DNA of 64,000 nt, taken from Candidatus Blackburnbacteria bacterium. GTDB taxonomy: Bacteria > Patescibacteriota > Microgenomatia > UBA8517 > UBA10165. This document shows positions 54,203 to 64,000 of this stretch, piece after piece (the stretch's first letter is position 1; every line of letters begins with the position of its first letter). The notes beneath the pieces are model-generated. The model did no database searches, was not told the origin of the DNA, and saw only the letters and a list, made by a program, of their open reading frames with translations. Location of the stretch: contig JACPEJ010000001.1 of the NCBI GenBank assembly GCA_016183565.1, positions 48,196-112,195 of the forward strand. The letters are read 5' to 3'. The translations under genes and the position numbers were made by a program.

Positions 54203-54844
54203 TTAGCTAAACATCTTTAGTTTTCTTCGCTTAAATAAGAGGAAGACGAGAAAGATGAGTATTGCACCTGCGGCCAGTGCTTGAAGTTTTGACTCTGTGC
54301 TTTCGAGACCTCTTACTAGGGAGCCGAACGTTGATAGACCAATAAAACCAAAATAGAGGAAGAGTAGGTCTCTGAAGTATGTTCCGACGAGCGTGGCGGT
54401 GATGTAGGTTTTTTTGTTGACTTTGATGGTGCCACATACTACTGAGACGAGGGTGCTTGAGATAATTGGCAGGGTTCTTAGGATAGTAAGTACTACGATA
54501 TCGCGATAGCCTTGGTTGAGGTGTTTTCCGATGCCTTCTATTTCTTTGTGAGTTACCCCGAATATTTTACCGAACTTTCCGATTACAATGTCTTCTGCTT
54601 TGTCTGCTGCAAAATAGAGAACGTACGCACCAAGTACTTTTCCCATTGCACCAAATGCTGCAAGCCATAGAAGTATTGATAGAGGTTTTCCTTGAAGTGC
54701 TGTTACAGAACCGGCTGCTATTGGTATGAAGGGAGATGGGAGAGGGGCAATTACTTCTTCGATTATGGAGCCTAAGAACATGAAGATTTCGAGAGGGACT
54801 TTGTCTGAGTAGGATATAATTAGTGATTCGATTTGTGTGAACAT
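54203..54844 (-). CDS. dedA: DedA/SNARE-associated (TVP38) family membrane protein
   Basis: GSVTALQGKPLSILLWLAAFGAMGKVLGAYVLYFAADK, characteristic of the DedA family. Confidence 0.8.
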   Translation of the reverse strand: MFTQIESLIISYSDKVPLEIFMFLGSIIEEVIAPLPSPFIPIAAGSVTALQGKPLSILLWLAAFGAMGKVLGAYVLYFAADKAEDIVIGKFGKIFGVTHKEIEGIGKHLNQGYRDIVVLTILRTLPIISSTLVSVVCGTIKVNKKTYITATLVGTYFRDLLFLYFGFIGLSTFGSLVRGLESTESKLQALAAGAILIFLVFLLFKRRKLKMFS

Positions 54845-54861
54845 ATAGTTATTTTTGTGGT

Positions 54862-55347
54862 TTATTGTATGGTTTTTTCGTAGGAAACTACCCCGCCGGA
54901 TTTTAGCACAAAGTCAACAGAGAGTTTAATGTTTTTTACATCCTTGTGGTATGTGCAAACTTTGTGGGAGCATGTACCGAGCAACAGACTTCTTGAGAGC
55001 CTCCTTTTTCTTTTGGGAAGGTTTATTGTGCCTCCTGCACCTTGTGGGCCTTTGTTGGAGTCATAAGTGAGTTCATAGGAGATGGATTTTAGATTTTGTA
55101 TACTCGTGAAGTTTACTACTACTGAACGTTTGTTTCTTGTTTTGTAAGCTGAGACTTTGGGGTTTGAGGCTCCTAATACTTCTTTTGTGAAGGTTAGAGA
55201 AAAAAGGGATAGGGTTAGTGTGGCAAGAAGCAGGGCAGTTAGTAGTTTTCGCACTTGTTCATTATTCCATGGTATTTGTTTTCTTTCAACAGTAAGGGTG
55301 GGTTTTTGGTTGTTTGGCGAGATTAGGAAAGATGAAGCGTTTTTCAA
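54862..55347 (-). CDS. secreted hypothetical protein
   Basis: N-terminal signal/TM LLTALLLATLTLSLFSL; no known motif. Confidence 0.4.
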   Translation of the reverse strand: MKNASSFLISPNNQKPTLTVERKQIPWNNEQVRKLLTALLLATLTLSLFSLTFTKEVLGASNPKVSAYKTRNKRSVVVNFTSIQNLKSISYELTYDSNKGPQGAGGTINLPKRKRRLSRSLLLGTCSHKVCTYHKDVKNIKLSVDFVLKSGGVVSYEKTIQ

Positions 55348-55669
55348 AACAGATAGCCGCTGTTGCGGCTATCTGTTGCTACCCTGATTAATTTATTAGG
55401 TAAGTTTTTAGATTATCCTCCTCCTTTCCCTGTGCGTCCATGTGCTTGCGGGTTACTATATTGCCCTCTATGTTGGCTTTCCATCTCTCGGTTAGAAAGC
55501 TTTCCAGGTAATTCATCCTGGTAATGTGAAATTGTGTAACCTTGCTTACGTTGGACAATGCGACTCATTTTTTGATCTTAGCTTTGCCTTTTTGGGTGAT
55601 TTCGGACCAACCTTTGGTTTTTCTTGAACGTTTTTAGACTAGTGCTTAGGTTTAAGAAAATGGAGAAAG

Positions 55670-56419
55670 ATGTGTAATAAACAAGTAAGGAAGAGGGGTT
55701 TTTACTGGCTCGCGCTTGGGGGGCTTGGCTTCGTGCTGTATAATATGGGTGTGTTAAATAAAATACTGATTGTTGAGGATGATGAAGATTTGCGCGATTC
55801 CCTGAGAGATTTCTTTTCGGAGGCTGGTTATTTTGTTAGGACAACAGATGATGGGGTGGGGGCGTTGAGGATTGTTAATAGTGACGAGTTGGATTTGGTT
55901 ATTTTGGACTTGGGTTTGCCGGTTATGAGTGGAGAGAGTGTTTGTTTAGAGATTAGGAAAAAACATCCTTCGTTACCTGTTATTATACTTACAGCTCGCG
56001 ATACTACTCCGGATGTTATAAATGGTCTTAATTTGGGGGCAGATGATTATGTTACAAAGCCCTTTGTGATGGAGGAGCTTTTGGCTCGTGCTAAAGCAAG
56101 ACTTCGGGCTAGGGAGGGTAATGACAAACTGATTGTTGGGGACTTAGAGCTTGATAATATTACATTAGAGGTGTGGCGAGGTAAGAAATTAATTCAATTG
56201 ACCCCTCAGGAGTTTAAGCTATTGCAGTATTTGATGGCTAATAGAGGTCGAGTTTTAACAAGGGATGCAATTCTTAACAAAGTTTGGTTTTACTCGCCTG
56301 AGGTAGAGACGAGAGTTGTGGATGTTTATGTTGGTTATTTACGGCGAAAGATTGATGGTGATGCTCGGAAAAAGCTAATTCGTTCTGTACGAGGATTTGG
56401 ATATGTAATAAAAGAGTAG
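55670..56419 (+). CDS. OmpR-family response regulator
   Basis: receiver ILIVEDDEDLRDSL...LDLGLP...ILTAR and winged-helix trans_reg_C; the start may be the ATG near 55745. Confidence 0.85.
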   Translation: MCNKQVRKRGFYWLALGGLGFVLYNMGVLNKILIVEDDEDLRDSLRDFFSEAGYFVRTTDDGVGALRIVNSDELDLVILDLGLPVMSGESVCLEIRKKHPSLPVIILTARDTTPDVINGLNLGADDYVTKPFVMEELLARAKARLRAREGNDKLIVGDLELDNITLEVWRGKKLIQLTPQEFKLLQYLMANRGRVLTRDAILNKVWFYSPEVETRVVDVYVGYLRRKIDGDARKKLIRSVRGFGYVIKE

Positions 56420-56811
56420 ATAAAGGAAGGTTGTTTATTATCTACTTTTATCTCATGGGGGTGGTGAAGAGGGTGTAGAAGTGGTCTACAATTGTTCCTC
56501 TGAATAATTTTTTAATTGAACTTTTACTTGTTTTTGTTTGGTGCGAGAGGATTTTCTCGTTCATGCGGGAGATGTACGAGAAACCTCGTGAGGAGCGTTC
56601 TGACTGGTGTGTATCTTGCCAGTGTTGTTTTGTTTCCTCTTGGATTGGTCTCTTGATTCCTCTTCCTTGGAGTCCGGTGAGTGTGGAGTAAGGAAAGTGG
56701 CTAATACTTAGTGTGTGGATACTGATGTTTCTGTACTTCATTGTGAATCTACATTTAAACGGAGAGGGTTAAGGAGGGGGATAGAGAAGGGTAAGAAGAT
56801 TGTAAGAAAAC

Positions 56812-58188
56812 CTAGTGTCTGTTTATTGTATCGGCAGAAGAATTGAACCAAGCGACGAAAGAGGCTATGAAGTGACTATCAACTTCTGTGTTTCTGGTTT
56901 TATCGGGGTGGGTGGCCATAATAACCTTTCTTCTGGCTTTTTGGAGTTTTTCTGTATCTCTACCGACAATTTGTCTTACTATTCCCGAGCGGTTTTCTGC
57001 GTATTGATCGAGAAAGGCGGTCCAACCTGCTGGATTGAGAGATTGTACTCGGCCGTGTGGTGTGGTTGCTAAATTTTTGACTAATTCTTGTACTTCTACA
57101 AGTGTCTGCTCTGGTTTGACAAACTCGTCGCTTGCTTTTTCTATAACTCTTGCAACCCCGCGCATAAGACCGTTGGCTCGTGCTTCTGTGATGTCGCGGG
57201 CTGTTGAAAAAGGTCCGATAGGTAGGAGTTTCCAGACTTCTTGCCAAAACTGTCGGGCATCAGTTTGCCATATGGGTCGATTTTGTTCGAGCCATTTTTT
57301 CTCTTTGTCTTCTTTTTCTCTTTGTTGTTTTTTTTTGGCTTCTTCGAATGGATTTGTTCTGTGTGTGCTGTTGTTTTCGCCGTTCCCTCTTAATCCTCTA
57401 AAGTATTCAGCAGCTTCTCTTAACTTATCTTCGGAGGCTGTATTTGGTTCGGCTGTTGTTTCTGGCTCTGGGGCTGGTCCAGTTCCCAAAAGACTGGGAG
57501 ATCGTCTTCTCTCGCGCCAGAGCCTCCCTTCTTCTTCAACTGCTTTTGCTTGTGCCTCATCCTCCGCCTTTCTTCTTTCTTCCTCTTGACGAAGGTATTC
57601 TGTTTGTTGGGCGAGTGCTTCTTTAAGGTGTTGCTCGGCCTTTTCTTTTTGTTTTCTTTCTTCTGTTTCTTCTTGCGCACGCGTTCTTGCCTTTGCTGCT
57701 TCGAACCAATCATCAGGTGTTCTGGAAGCTCTTCTTGTTTGTGCTTCACGGGCTGCGTCGTCTGGGTCAAGAGGTTCTCTTCTTGATTCCGCTCTCTTTG
57801 TATTGACACCAACGGCTCTCCCATTTGTAAAGTCAACCAAATCCTTTTTAGTTGGGAGGACACCTCCTGTTATTCCCAAAAGTTCACGAGTTTGGCGAAT
57901 AATTTCGTCATTTGGGCTATGTCTGGCACAAATTCTTAGGGAAGTAGCCCAATCACCACAGATTGTATCCTGAGCAGCTTCTTTGCTCCCTTTTAAAAAG
58001 GCGGAATCTTCAAAGAGTTTGTCCCAAGCCATAGTTTTTGTTTTGAGATCAATGCTGTGAGGGTCAGAGGGATCAGTTCCAAGTTCCTTTAATCTGATAC
58101 CCCATTCATAGCGAATATCCTCAACTAATTTCACAGGGTTTCGTATTCTTGATTCTGGAGAGTGGGGTTCGGCAGGTGGTACTTCCAT
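56812..58188 (-). CDS. hypothetical charged coiled-coil protein with C-terminal J-domain-like HPD motif
   Basis: C-terminal KARRKVIMATHPDKTRN; E/R/K-rich central region; GC-rich relative to neighbours. Confidence 0.4.
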   Translation of the reverse strand: MEVPPAEPHSPESRIRNPVKLVEDIRYEWGIRLKELGTDPSDPHSIDLKTKTMAWDKLFEDSAFLKGSKEAAQDTICGDWATSLRICARHSPNDEIIRQTRELLGITGGVLPTKKDLVDFTNGRAVGVNTKRAESRREPLDPDDAAREAQTRRASRTPDDWFEAAKARTRAQEETEERKQKEKAEQHLKEALAQQTEYLRQEEERRKAEDEAQAKAVEEEGRLWRERRRSPSLLGTGPAPEPETTAEPNTASEDKLREAAEYFRGLRGNGENNSTHRTNPFEEAKKKQQREKEDKEKKWLEQNRPIWQTDARQFWQEVWKLLPIGPFSTARDITEARANGLMRGVARVIEKASDEFVKPEQTLVEVQELVKNLATTPHGRVQSLNPAGWTAFLDQYAENRSGIVRQIVGRDTEKLQKARRKVIMATHPDKTRNTEVDSHFIASFVAWFNSSADTINRH

Positions 58189-58262
58189 CTTATTAAATAT
58201 AAATCTCTTTGTATTAACAAAGCAAATTTTCTTTGCTTAGGGGAACATCATAGGATATAATA

Positions 58263-60299
58263 TTGAGTATGGCAGAGGTACCCAGGGGAGCACAAGAAGG
58301 GAGAGAAGTTTATCCACCGTCAGACTTTGGGCTTGCACAGCGGGGGATTGATCGTATCGAGAAAATTTCCCAAGACGAAATTACAACAGAAGACATGAGC
58401 GCTTGGCATGGATTGCGAAGGGAAAGAGCGAGGCTTTTTGCTGAACCGGAGGTTGCCCCTGCGCTTGGTGCCGCAAAGATTGCTTTGGGTGCAGCTTTGG
58501 AAAGGGCGCTTGATGAAGGGAAGGGTGGAGCGCTGGGGGTGGCTACTTACATTCAGAAAAACAGGGCATCAATTCATTCAGAAATTAGGGCTCTTGTTGA
58601 CCCTCTCTTGAGTAGTAAACCGGAAAGGCATTTGGGTATGGGTTCGTGGTATGTTGATCGCGCTCTCGATAGAATGTATGCAACTTTTGCTCAGAGGGCT
58701 GGGATAGATATAAGCAACAACCCTCGACTTGCTTCTGCGCTTCGTCCTGAGGATTTTGAGTGGGAACTTCCGGAAAATTGGGAAGGAAGGGTGGGACAGC
58801 GGGGGCCGGAACCAGTAGGGGTTGGGGTAGTCAACGGTGGTGGCCCAAGAGGGCCAGAACCATCACCAGCAGGCGGTGGTACCGAAGCTGGAGCTGGTGG
58901 GCCGGGTGGGCCTAGGGAACCGGGTTTGCCTCCATCTCCTCTGCCGCGGGGGTCAGAACGTGGGGAGGCCCCGCGTGAGGGGAGGATGTTTTCGTTGCGT
59001 TGGACAAGGCTTCATGGTTTACCTGATGTTTTACCACCCGCTCCTGCTCTTGGGGTGAATAGGTCGTTATCTTCGTCTGTTGTGCTAAGCCAGATCTACG
59101 AATCGGGGTTTTCCCAATTTCTTTTAAGACAAGCGGAAGTAATAGTTGGTTCATCCGAAGAGGATGAGTTTCAGGCAGCAGTTTCTTCAGGCCTTTTTCC
59201 TTTAATGGCTCTTGATAGAGCAATGAGGGCGAGTAGAATAGATTCTGTTTCTGAAACCATGCGCTCTAGTGGGCCTTCTCCTGAGGGGGTGAGTAGGTGG
59301 CTTAGGATAGATCAGGAGACGCGTCGTTGTTTAACTCTTTTGTTAAGGCTTCAGGGGTATGAAGTTGCTGATGAGGGAGGGGTTCATGATGAGGTGGTAA
59401 ATTTACAGCGCGTTGGCCACTCTGATCTTGATTATCTTTTTCCTCAGTCAACAGTGAGATTACAAGGGGTAGGGCATAGATTTTCGGAGGTTGTGGGTAG
59501 AAACAGAGAGGGGGAAATCGACCCTAGATCCGGAATAACGCCGGGGGAAATAAGTAAATATTTGGAGGCAGTAAGACAAGCGGTTGGGGTAGCACCTGGG
59601 GTTTCCACGGACATGGGAGTTGTGAGACTTGCGTATACTATTTTCCGATATTTTGGGTTTCCACACGCCAATGGCAAGATGTTGGAGTTATATGAAGAAC
59701 TTTATGATCGCCGAACAGGAAGAGGAGATTTAGCCTATCAGGATATAAGGCCACTTGTGGATCAGACTACGGTTCCAGACGCTCGCAAAAAGTTGAGGGA
59801 TGTATTGGCGGAAGGTAGAAGTGTAGTTACAGGGGAACGAGTTGGAGGTGTAGTTGCTTTTGCGGAGGCTTTGGAGCTTATAAGACAAGAGCAAATTGTG
59901 CGGGATTGGGCCGATCTTCAGAGATTATTAGATTTGAAAGATGCCGTGAGTGCACTAAGAGAGGGAAGAGGGCCAGAAGCAGGCAGGTTGGAATATGACG
60001 ACAGAGTGAGGGGTTTGCAAGATCTGATGAAAAATGAGTTTGGAATACTTGATGTTAAACGTAAGCTTACTGATGAAACGGTGGTAAGGTTAAAGGATCC
60101 GCGCAAGGTTTCGACGGTGGAGCCAAGGGGTAAACCTAGTAGATTACAGAGTGAGATAGCGGGGTTTAAAGGAGTTTTGAATGATGCTACGTCTCCTGTT
60201 AGGTTGGCGGAAGGTATAGGTAGTAGTGTTAGAAGATTTTTTGGGGTAGAGGATCTTTATCAGAAGAGAAGACGAGAGAGAGAAGGAAGGGGAAGATAG
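58263..60299 (+). CDS. hypothetical protein with central Gly/Pro-rich segment
   Basis: 678-aa ORF, GC-rich; GGGPRGPEPSPAGGGTEAGAGGPGGP linker. Confidence 0.4.
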   Translation: MSMAEVPRGAQEGREVYPPSDFGLAQRGIDRIEKISQDEITTEDMSAWHGLRRERARLFAEPEVAPALGAAKIALGAALERALDEGKGGALGVATYIQKNRASIHSEIRALVDPLLSSKPERHLGMGSWYVDRALDRMYATFAQRAGIDISNNPRLASALRPEDFEWELPENWEGRVGQRGPEPVGVGVVNGGGPRGPEPSPAGGGTEAGAGGPGGPREPGLPPSPLPRGSERGEAPREGRMFSLRWTRLHGLPDVLPPAPALGVNRSLSSSVVLSQIYESGFSQFLLRQAEVIVGSSEEDEFQAAVSSGLFPLMALDRAMRASRIDSVSETMRSSGPSPEGVSRWLRIDQETRRCLTLLLRLQGYEVADEGGVHDEVVNLQRVGHSDLDYLFPQSTVRLQGVGHRFSEVVGRNREGEIDPRSGITPGEISKYLEAVRQAVGVAPGVSTDMGVVRLAYTIFRYFGFPHANGKMLELYEELYDRRTGRGDLAYQDIRPLVDQTTVPDARKKLRDVLAEGRSVVTGERVGGVVAFAEALELIRQEQIVRDWADLQRLLDLKDAVSALREGRGPEAGRLEYDDRVRGLQDLMKNEFGILDVKRKLTDETVVRLKDPRKVSTVEPRGKPSRLQSEIAGFKGVLNDATSPVRLAEGIGSSVRRFFGVEDLYQKRRREREGRGR

Positions 60300-60334
60300 T
60301 AGACTCTCCCCTGGGTAGATAAATAGGGAGAAGC

Positions 60335-61741
60335 TTACCTTCTTCCGCCACCTATACCTCCTAGGATGCGGGATCCTGCAGACCATAGTCCACTTGCAGT
60401 GGCTCCTGTAGCTCGTCGTGATCTTGCTTCCATATAGCCAGAAGCAGGTTGGGTAATAGTCGTTCCGACTGCTTGACCTACGGCAAATCCTAGGCCTCTT
60501 ATGCCAAAGGCGTTTCTGACGGCGCCAGGGACTTGGTGTACTATTAATAAGATTCCAATTCCTATAAGAAGAGGCAAAGCAGAGGCGATTATTCCTCCTC
60601 CGGCTAAAAGTGGCGGGCTCCATAAGTTTCCTCCTGCAACTTTTGTTATTGCTCCTCCTAACAGTAAAATAAAAGCGACTGCTACAAAAATTGATAGGTT
60701 TGCTGCGATTCCCTTGATCCAAGCTCCGAATCCCGGCAGGCCTGGGATTACACCTAGAGCAATTTGTAAAGGTCCTAGGATAACCGCCAAAAGTATACCT
60801 ATATAAGCAGTTAGCAGTTCTGTAAAGAGTTTGAAGAGAATATATAGGATAAGCACGAGTAAGACTAACAGGATGATTCCGGCGCCACCTCCAACCAGTA
60901 TCGCTGCAGTGCCTGCAACTGGGTTTAGTAAGCCAAGAAACGCACCTCCAATTATTCCTACTACAGCTGTCAAGCTCAAGGTGATTGCGGTGGCACCTCC
61001 TCCGATTATTCCCCATAAGTGACTCCAGGCGACTCCGAAACCACCAGTTGTGAATTGGTTCTGGAGGTCTGCGGTTGCGGTGGCGGCGGGGTTGTTGCCT
61101 ACGAAAAGGAGGACTACAAGGGAGAGGGCGATATATAAAAGATCAATCATAAAACCGGCGATGGCGTAGGAAAATGTGACTAACAGGAGTCCGATAATTA
61201 TTCTGGGGATTGCGGATTGGATTGTGATAACTGTGCGAGGGTCTAATTTCATCCGGAACATTATTGCCAGACCTATTGCGATGAAAACGATTGTGAATGC
61301 TACATAGGCAAAGTTACGAAATGTTCGCCATAACGGAAGAAGAGCTTCTAGTGCTCTAAAACCTGTTCCGGCGGTTTGTGCGTATGCCGGTTGGATTGGA
61401 TTAAACCTGTGGATTATATCTTGCGTGTAAGCAAGGCCGGAGGCTGGGGGATTGGCATAGAGGGTTGCAATCATTTCGCCAGTTATATTAAGGGCGCCCA
61501 CTTTTAAGTCGTTTGGGCAGCCTGATTTATCTCCACATCCGAGGAGTGTAGTGTTGGCGGAGTTTACGAATCCGGCGAAGGTTCCCTGGTTAAATTTTTG
61601 ATTACTTTGGCCGGGGTTTGAAATGGCTTTTTGGTGTGCATCTAGTGAGTATTGGGCTTTAGCGATAGAAAGAGGGGCGAATAAAAAGGAAAAAAGAAGG
61701 AATGCAAAGAGAGTTTTGTGGCGGAGGATTAGGGAAAGCAT
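60335..61741 (-). CDS. signal peptide plus polytopic Gly-rich membrane protein, possibly VirB6/TrbL-like
   Basis: N-terminal signal, ~120-aa periplasmic region, then 6-8 TM helices rich in GGxxG; topology reminiscent of T4SS VirB6/TrbL. Confidence 0.4.
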   Translation of the reverse strand: MLSLILRHKTLFAFLLFSFLFAPLSIAKAQYSLDAHQKAISNPGQSNQKFNQGTFAGFVNSANTTLLGCGDKSGCPNDLKVGALNITGEMIATLYANPPASGLAYTQDIIHRFNPIQPAYAQTAGTGFRALEALLPLWRTFRNFAYVAFTIVFIAIGLAIMFRMKLDPRTVITIQSAIPRIIIGLLLVTFSYAIAGFMIDLLYIALSLVVLLFVGNNPAATATADLQNQFTTGGFGVAWSHLWGIIGGGATAITLSLTAVVGIIGGAFLGLLNPVAGTAAILVGGGAGIILLVLLVLILYILFKLFTELLTAYIGILLAVILGPLQIALGVIPGLPGFGAWIKGIAANLSIFVAVAFILLLGGAITKVAGGNLWSPPLLAGGGIIASALPLLIGIGILLIVHQVPGAVRNAFGIRGLGFAVGQAVGTTITQPASGYMEARSRRATGATASGLWSAGSRILGGIGGGRR

Positions 61742-61802
61742 GGTTTATAGTAGCATTAAACACACGGTTTCTGCAAGATTAAGAAAATGCTATAATTGTC
61801 TT

Positions 61803-62213
61803 ATGGAAATAGAAGTAAACAAGGCTAAGCTTGAGGATATAAGAAAAGAGCATGGACTTCTGCTTATTCTTTTGCATGGTTCACAAGTTAACGGAAGAAC
61901 TCATGAAAAAAGTGATGTCGATATAGCTGTTTTGAGAAAAGACAAGAAGAGTAAATTGAAGCTAATGGAACTGATTAGAGACTTGTCGGTTGCCCTGGGG
62001 ACCGATAAGGTTGATTTAAGTGATTTAACCAATGCAGACCCACTCTTTCTTTTTGTCGCAACAAAGAAAGCAATGCTTTTATCGGGGAAAGAGAGTGATT
62101 TTGAAAAGCTGCAGAAACTAGCTTTTCATAAATACAGCGATTACCTGCCGTTTTTAAAAAAAGAAGAGGAGTTTGTTAGACAGAGGATTAAGAATTATGT
62201 CGCTAATAGATAA
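61803..62213 (+). CDS. mntA: MNT-type nucleotidyltransferase (antitoxin of a HepT/MNT pair)
   Basis: LLILLHGSQVNGRTHEKSDVDIAVL GSx(n)DxD nucleotidyltransferase motif. Confidence 0.7.
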   Translation: MEIEVNKAKLEDIRKEHGLLLILLHGSQVNGRTHEKSDVDIAVLRKDKKSKLKLMELIRDLSVALGTDKVDLSDLTNADPLFLFVATKKAMLLSGKESDFEKLQKLAFHKYSDYLPFLKKEEEFVRQRIKNYVANR

Positions 62214-62622
62214 ACAGCTTGTTACTAGGAAAGCTAAATTAATCGAGGAGGATCTTGCAAAACTTGAAGATTTTGAAGCAATTTCCTTGGAGCAATATCT
62301 GAAATCTTTAGAAGCTAGGTTGCAAGTAGAGAGACTTCTTGAGAGAATTATCGGGCGAGTGATTGATATTAACTATCATATATTAAGAGAGGAATTTAAG
62401 ATTATTCCTAATGATTACTTTCAATCATTTATGCAGCTTGGAGAGAAAGGTATTATTTCTAAGGATTTTGCAGAGGAAATTGCTGCGTCTACAGGACTCC
62501 GGAATGCTCTTGCTCACGAGTATGATACAGTAGACAGTACTTTGGTGTATGCTTCAATTAAAAAATGTTTAAGAGAGATACCTAAGTATCTGAGTCAGGT
62601 GTTAGAAAAATATTCTAAGTGA
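62197..62622 (+). CDS. hepT: HepT-like HEPN toxin (DUF86)
   Basis: RNALAHEYD R-x4-HxY HEPN motif; overlaps the MNT gene by 17 nt. Confidence 0.7.
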   Translation: MSLIDKQLVTRKAKLIEEDLAKLEDFEAISLEQYLKSLEARLQVERLLERIIGRVIDINYHILREEFKIIPNDYFQSFMQLGEKGIISKDFAEEIAASTGLRNALAHEYDTVDSTLVYASIKKCLREIPKYLSQVLEKYSK

Positions 62623-62638
62623 AGCAAGTTGCTGTTTT

Positions 62639-63043
62639 CTATGGTGCTACTTCTCTTGTTGCGCTCCATTCTATATTTACAAACTCCGGTTCGACTCCGT
62701 AGTTTCTAAGCCAGCTTTCGGCCTGGCTTTTATATGTATTGTACGGGCTTTTGTTTACTTGAATAAAGAAGTAATCTTGGTCAGGGAAATATTCGACTGT
62801 GTATCCATCACCGTTGTAAGGAAGCTGTTCAATCAGTCTTTTTTTATTGACGACTAGTTGTTCTAGGTTGGGTTTATTTGGTGTTGTGAGACTTTCTCTT
62901 TGTGAGGTTTTTGTTTGTTTTTGGTTGGTTTTAGATGGGTACAAAAATAAGAGTAGAGAGAGGATGACGATAAAACCAATAAGCAACAGAAGCCTTAATT
63001 TACTTTTAAGAAAGAAATTGCCGATAGGGTCAAGGATTTTCAT
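62639..63043 (-). CDS. small secreted hypothetical protein
   Basis: N-terminal TM/signal LLLLIGFIVILSLLLFLY. Confidence 0.4.
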   Translation of the reverse strand: MKILDPIGNFFLKSKLRLLLLIGFIVILSLLLFLYPSKTNQKQTKTSQRESLTTPNKPNLEQLVVNKKRLIEQLPYNGDGYTVEYFPDQDYFFIQVNKSPYNTYKSQAESWLRNYGVEPEFVNIEWSATREVAP

Positions 63044-63048
63044 CTCTT

Positions 63049-63840
63049 TTAAAAGTCTACTACATTAGAGTAGGATTTGTATGTTTTTAAAACGTTTTCA
63101 CAATAATTTGTTCCGGCATTTGTTATACAAGAGTCGCCGTGATAGGTGTTAGCAACTCTTAAAATAACGTCGTCTGGCCAGTTTGTGCATTGTCCATCTC
63201 CCATTTGGGCATCCTTCTTTAGTTTGATAGCTGCGGCAACAATTGAGTTTCGGACAATACAGCGCTCTTTTTCCTCGTCTGTTACTTGTGCCCCAAATTT
63301 GCTGCTGACTATGTTTTTGATTTCAGGCAAGATCCCTTTCCATGTATTGAGGTTAAATTGCATTGCTCCCTTTACATTGTCAGTTGGTTTACACTTGGAG
63401 CCTGGTAAGGCGCATGTATCGTAACAATATCCTCTGTTTTTTTGTTCGGTAGTTGCGCTGTCCCACCAGCTGTTGGTCGAGAAGAACCCAACTTCTTCTT
63501 CGGTATACTCAAAGGTCCTTCTTGCCTCGTTGTGCATAATGGCTAGCAGAAGTGGAGGTGGGACACATTGCGATTCAGCAGCGGTTTCTATGATAGAAGA
63601 AAGGGTTGGTGAAGTGACCTGAGTATATGAGACGTCAGTTAAGGTTCCTGTTGAGATGTATGTGCCCATGTCAGGTAGTGTGGATTCGATTAGAAACCTT
63701 GTAGCTCCTCTAAATTCGGCGTTGTCATCGCTTCCTATTTTAGGAAAAGGAGTTTCTGGTGGTTTAGGAAAATTAAGAAATCCTGCCTTGCCGACAAAGA
63801 GATTGAGGAATTTGAAAAGACCGCTGAGGGTTTCTTTCAA
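63049..63840 (-). CDS. lysozyme-like/lytic-transglycosylase-like protein (weak)
   Basis: LLLAIMHNEAR ... GAMQFNLNTW resembles SLT E...GLMQ motifs; the ORF may extend upstream beyond 63840. Confidence 0.35.
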   Translation of the reverse strand: MKETLSGLFKFLNLFVGKAGFLNFPKPPETPFPKIGSDDNAEFRGATRFLIESTLPDMGTYISTGTLTDVSYTQVTSPTLSSIIETAAESQCVPPPLLLAIMHNEARRTFEYTEEEVGFFSTNSWWDSATTEQKNRGYCYDTCALPGSKCKPTDNVKGAMQFNLNTWKGILPEIKNIVSSKFGAQVTDEEKERCIVRNSIVAAAIKLKKDAQMGDGQCTNWPDDVILRVANTYHGDSCITNAGTNYCENVLKTYKSYSNVVDF

Positions 63841-64000
63841 ACCACCGGTACCAGAAGGTGGGGAGGTGGATACTGTGGGGCTTGGTGCTGAGTCAAGCGT
63901 TTCTGTTTCGCCGTCTGGTAAGAAAATACTTGGCCAAAATTTTCTGCACTTGTCATCATTGACGAGGGCTGATAATCCTTGGCAGTCAGGAACAGATTCT

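Noticed and set aside
57035-57863. Multiple overlapping ORFs (184 aa plus, 147 aa minus and others) within the J-domain protein gene
   Set aside because: GC-rich coding DNA produces open frames on all strands; the 458-aa minus-strand ORF is the only one with coherent composition.

Overview
This 64 kb window looks like a small-genome bacterial chromosome segment (low GC, many compact and overlapping genes), possibly Patescibacteria/CPR-like, though that placement is inference. It spans the replication origin: dnaN and dnaA lie on the minus strand, with DnaA boxes on both sides of dnaA, followed by rpmH-rnpA-yidD-yidC-jag on the plus strand. Core genes present include valS, tsaD, rplY, an RNase H, dedA, tspO, a ZIP transporter, an SPFH protein, a PAS histidine kinase and an OmpR regulator.

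The accessory content is more notable:
- A tRNA-Asn(GUU) gene is interrupted in the anticodon loop by a 242-nt group I intron. R/S (P7) consensus elements and a P1 hairpin with a U·G pair at the splice site are visible. A decayed HNH-endonuclease gene lies just upstream.
- Immediately downstream of this tRNA sits an island: an HTH protein, a KilA-N protein, and a tight three-gene operon. The operon encodes a zinc-ribbon coiled-coil DUF2130-like protein, a 1236-aa SNF2 helicase with an unusual C-terminal SGKK-repeat region, and a small PD-(D/E)xK-like nuclease. This is my top candidate for an undescribed defence system.
- A GC-rich ~500-nt noncoding block follows the island. Its 5' ~120 nt recur 2.5 kb downstream with a swapped internal hairpin, which suggests a structured RNA family.
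- Other features: a gene-decay zone with truncated methyltransferase and hydrolase fragments, a mercury-resistance-like cluster (ArsR, MerT-HMA, MerA and others), a CPR-type type IV secretion/competence module (PrgI-like, split VirB4, M23 peptidase), two in-frame repeat insertions in tsaD, a conserved 35-nt hairpin element in two copies, a repeated 25-nt motif flanking an RRM-protein gene, a GC-rich putative foreign island at 56.8–61.7 kb, and a HepT/MNT toxin-antitoxin pair.

No CRISPR array or rRNA was seen.
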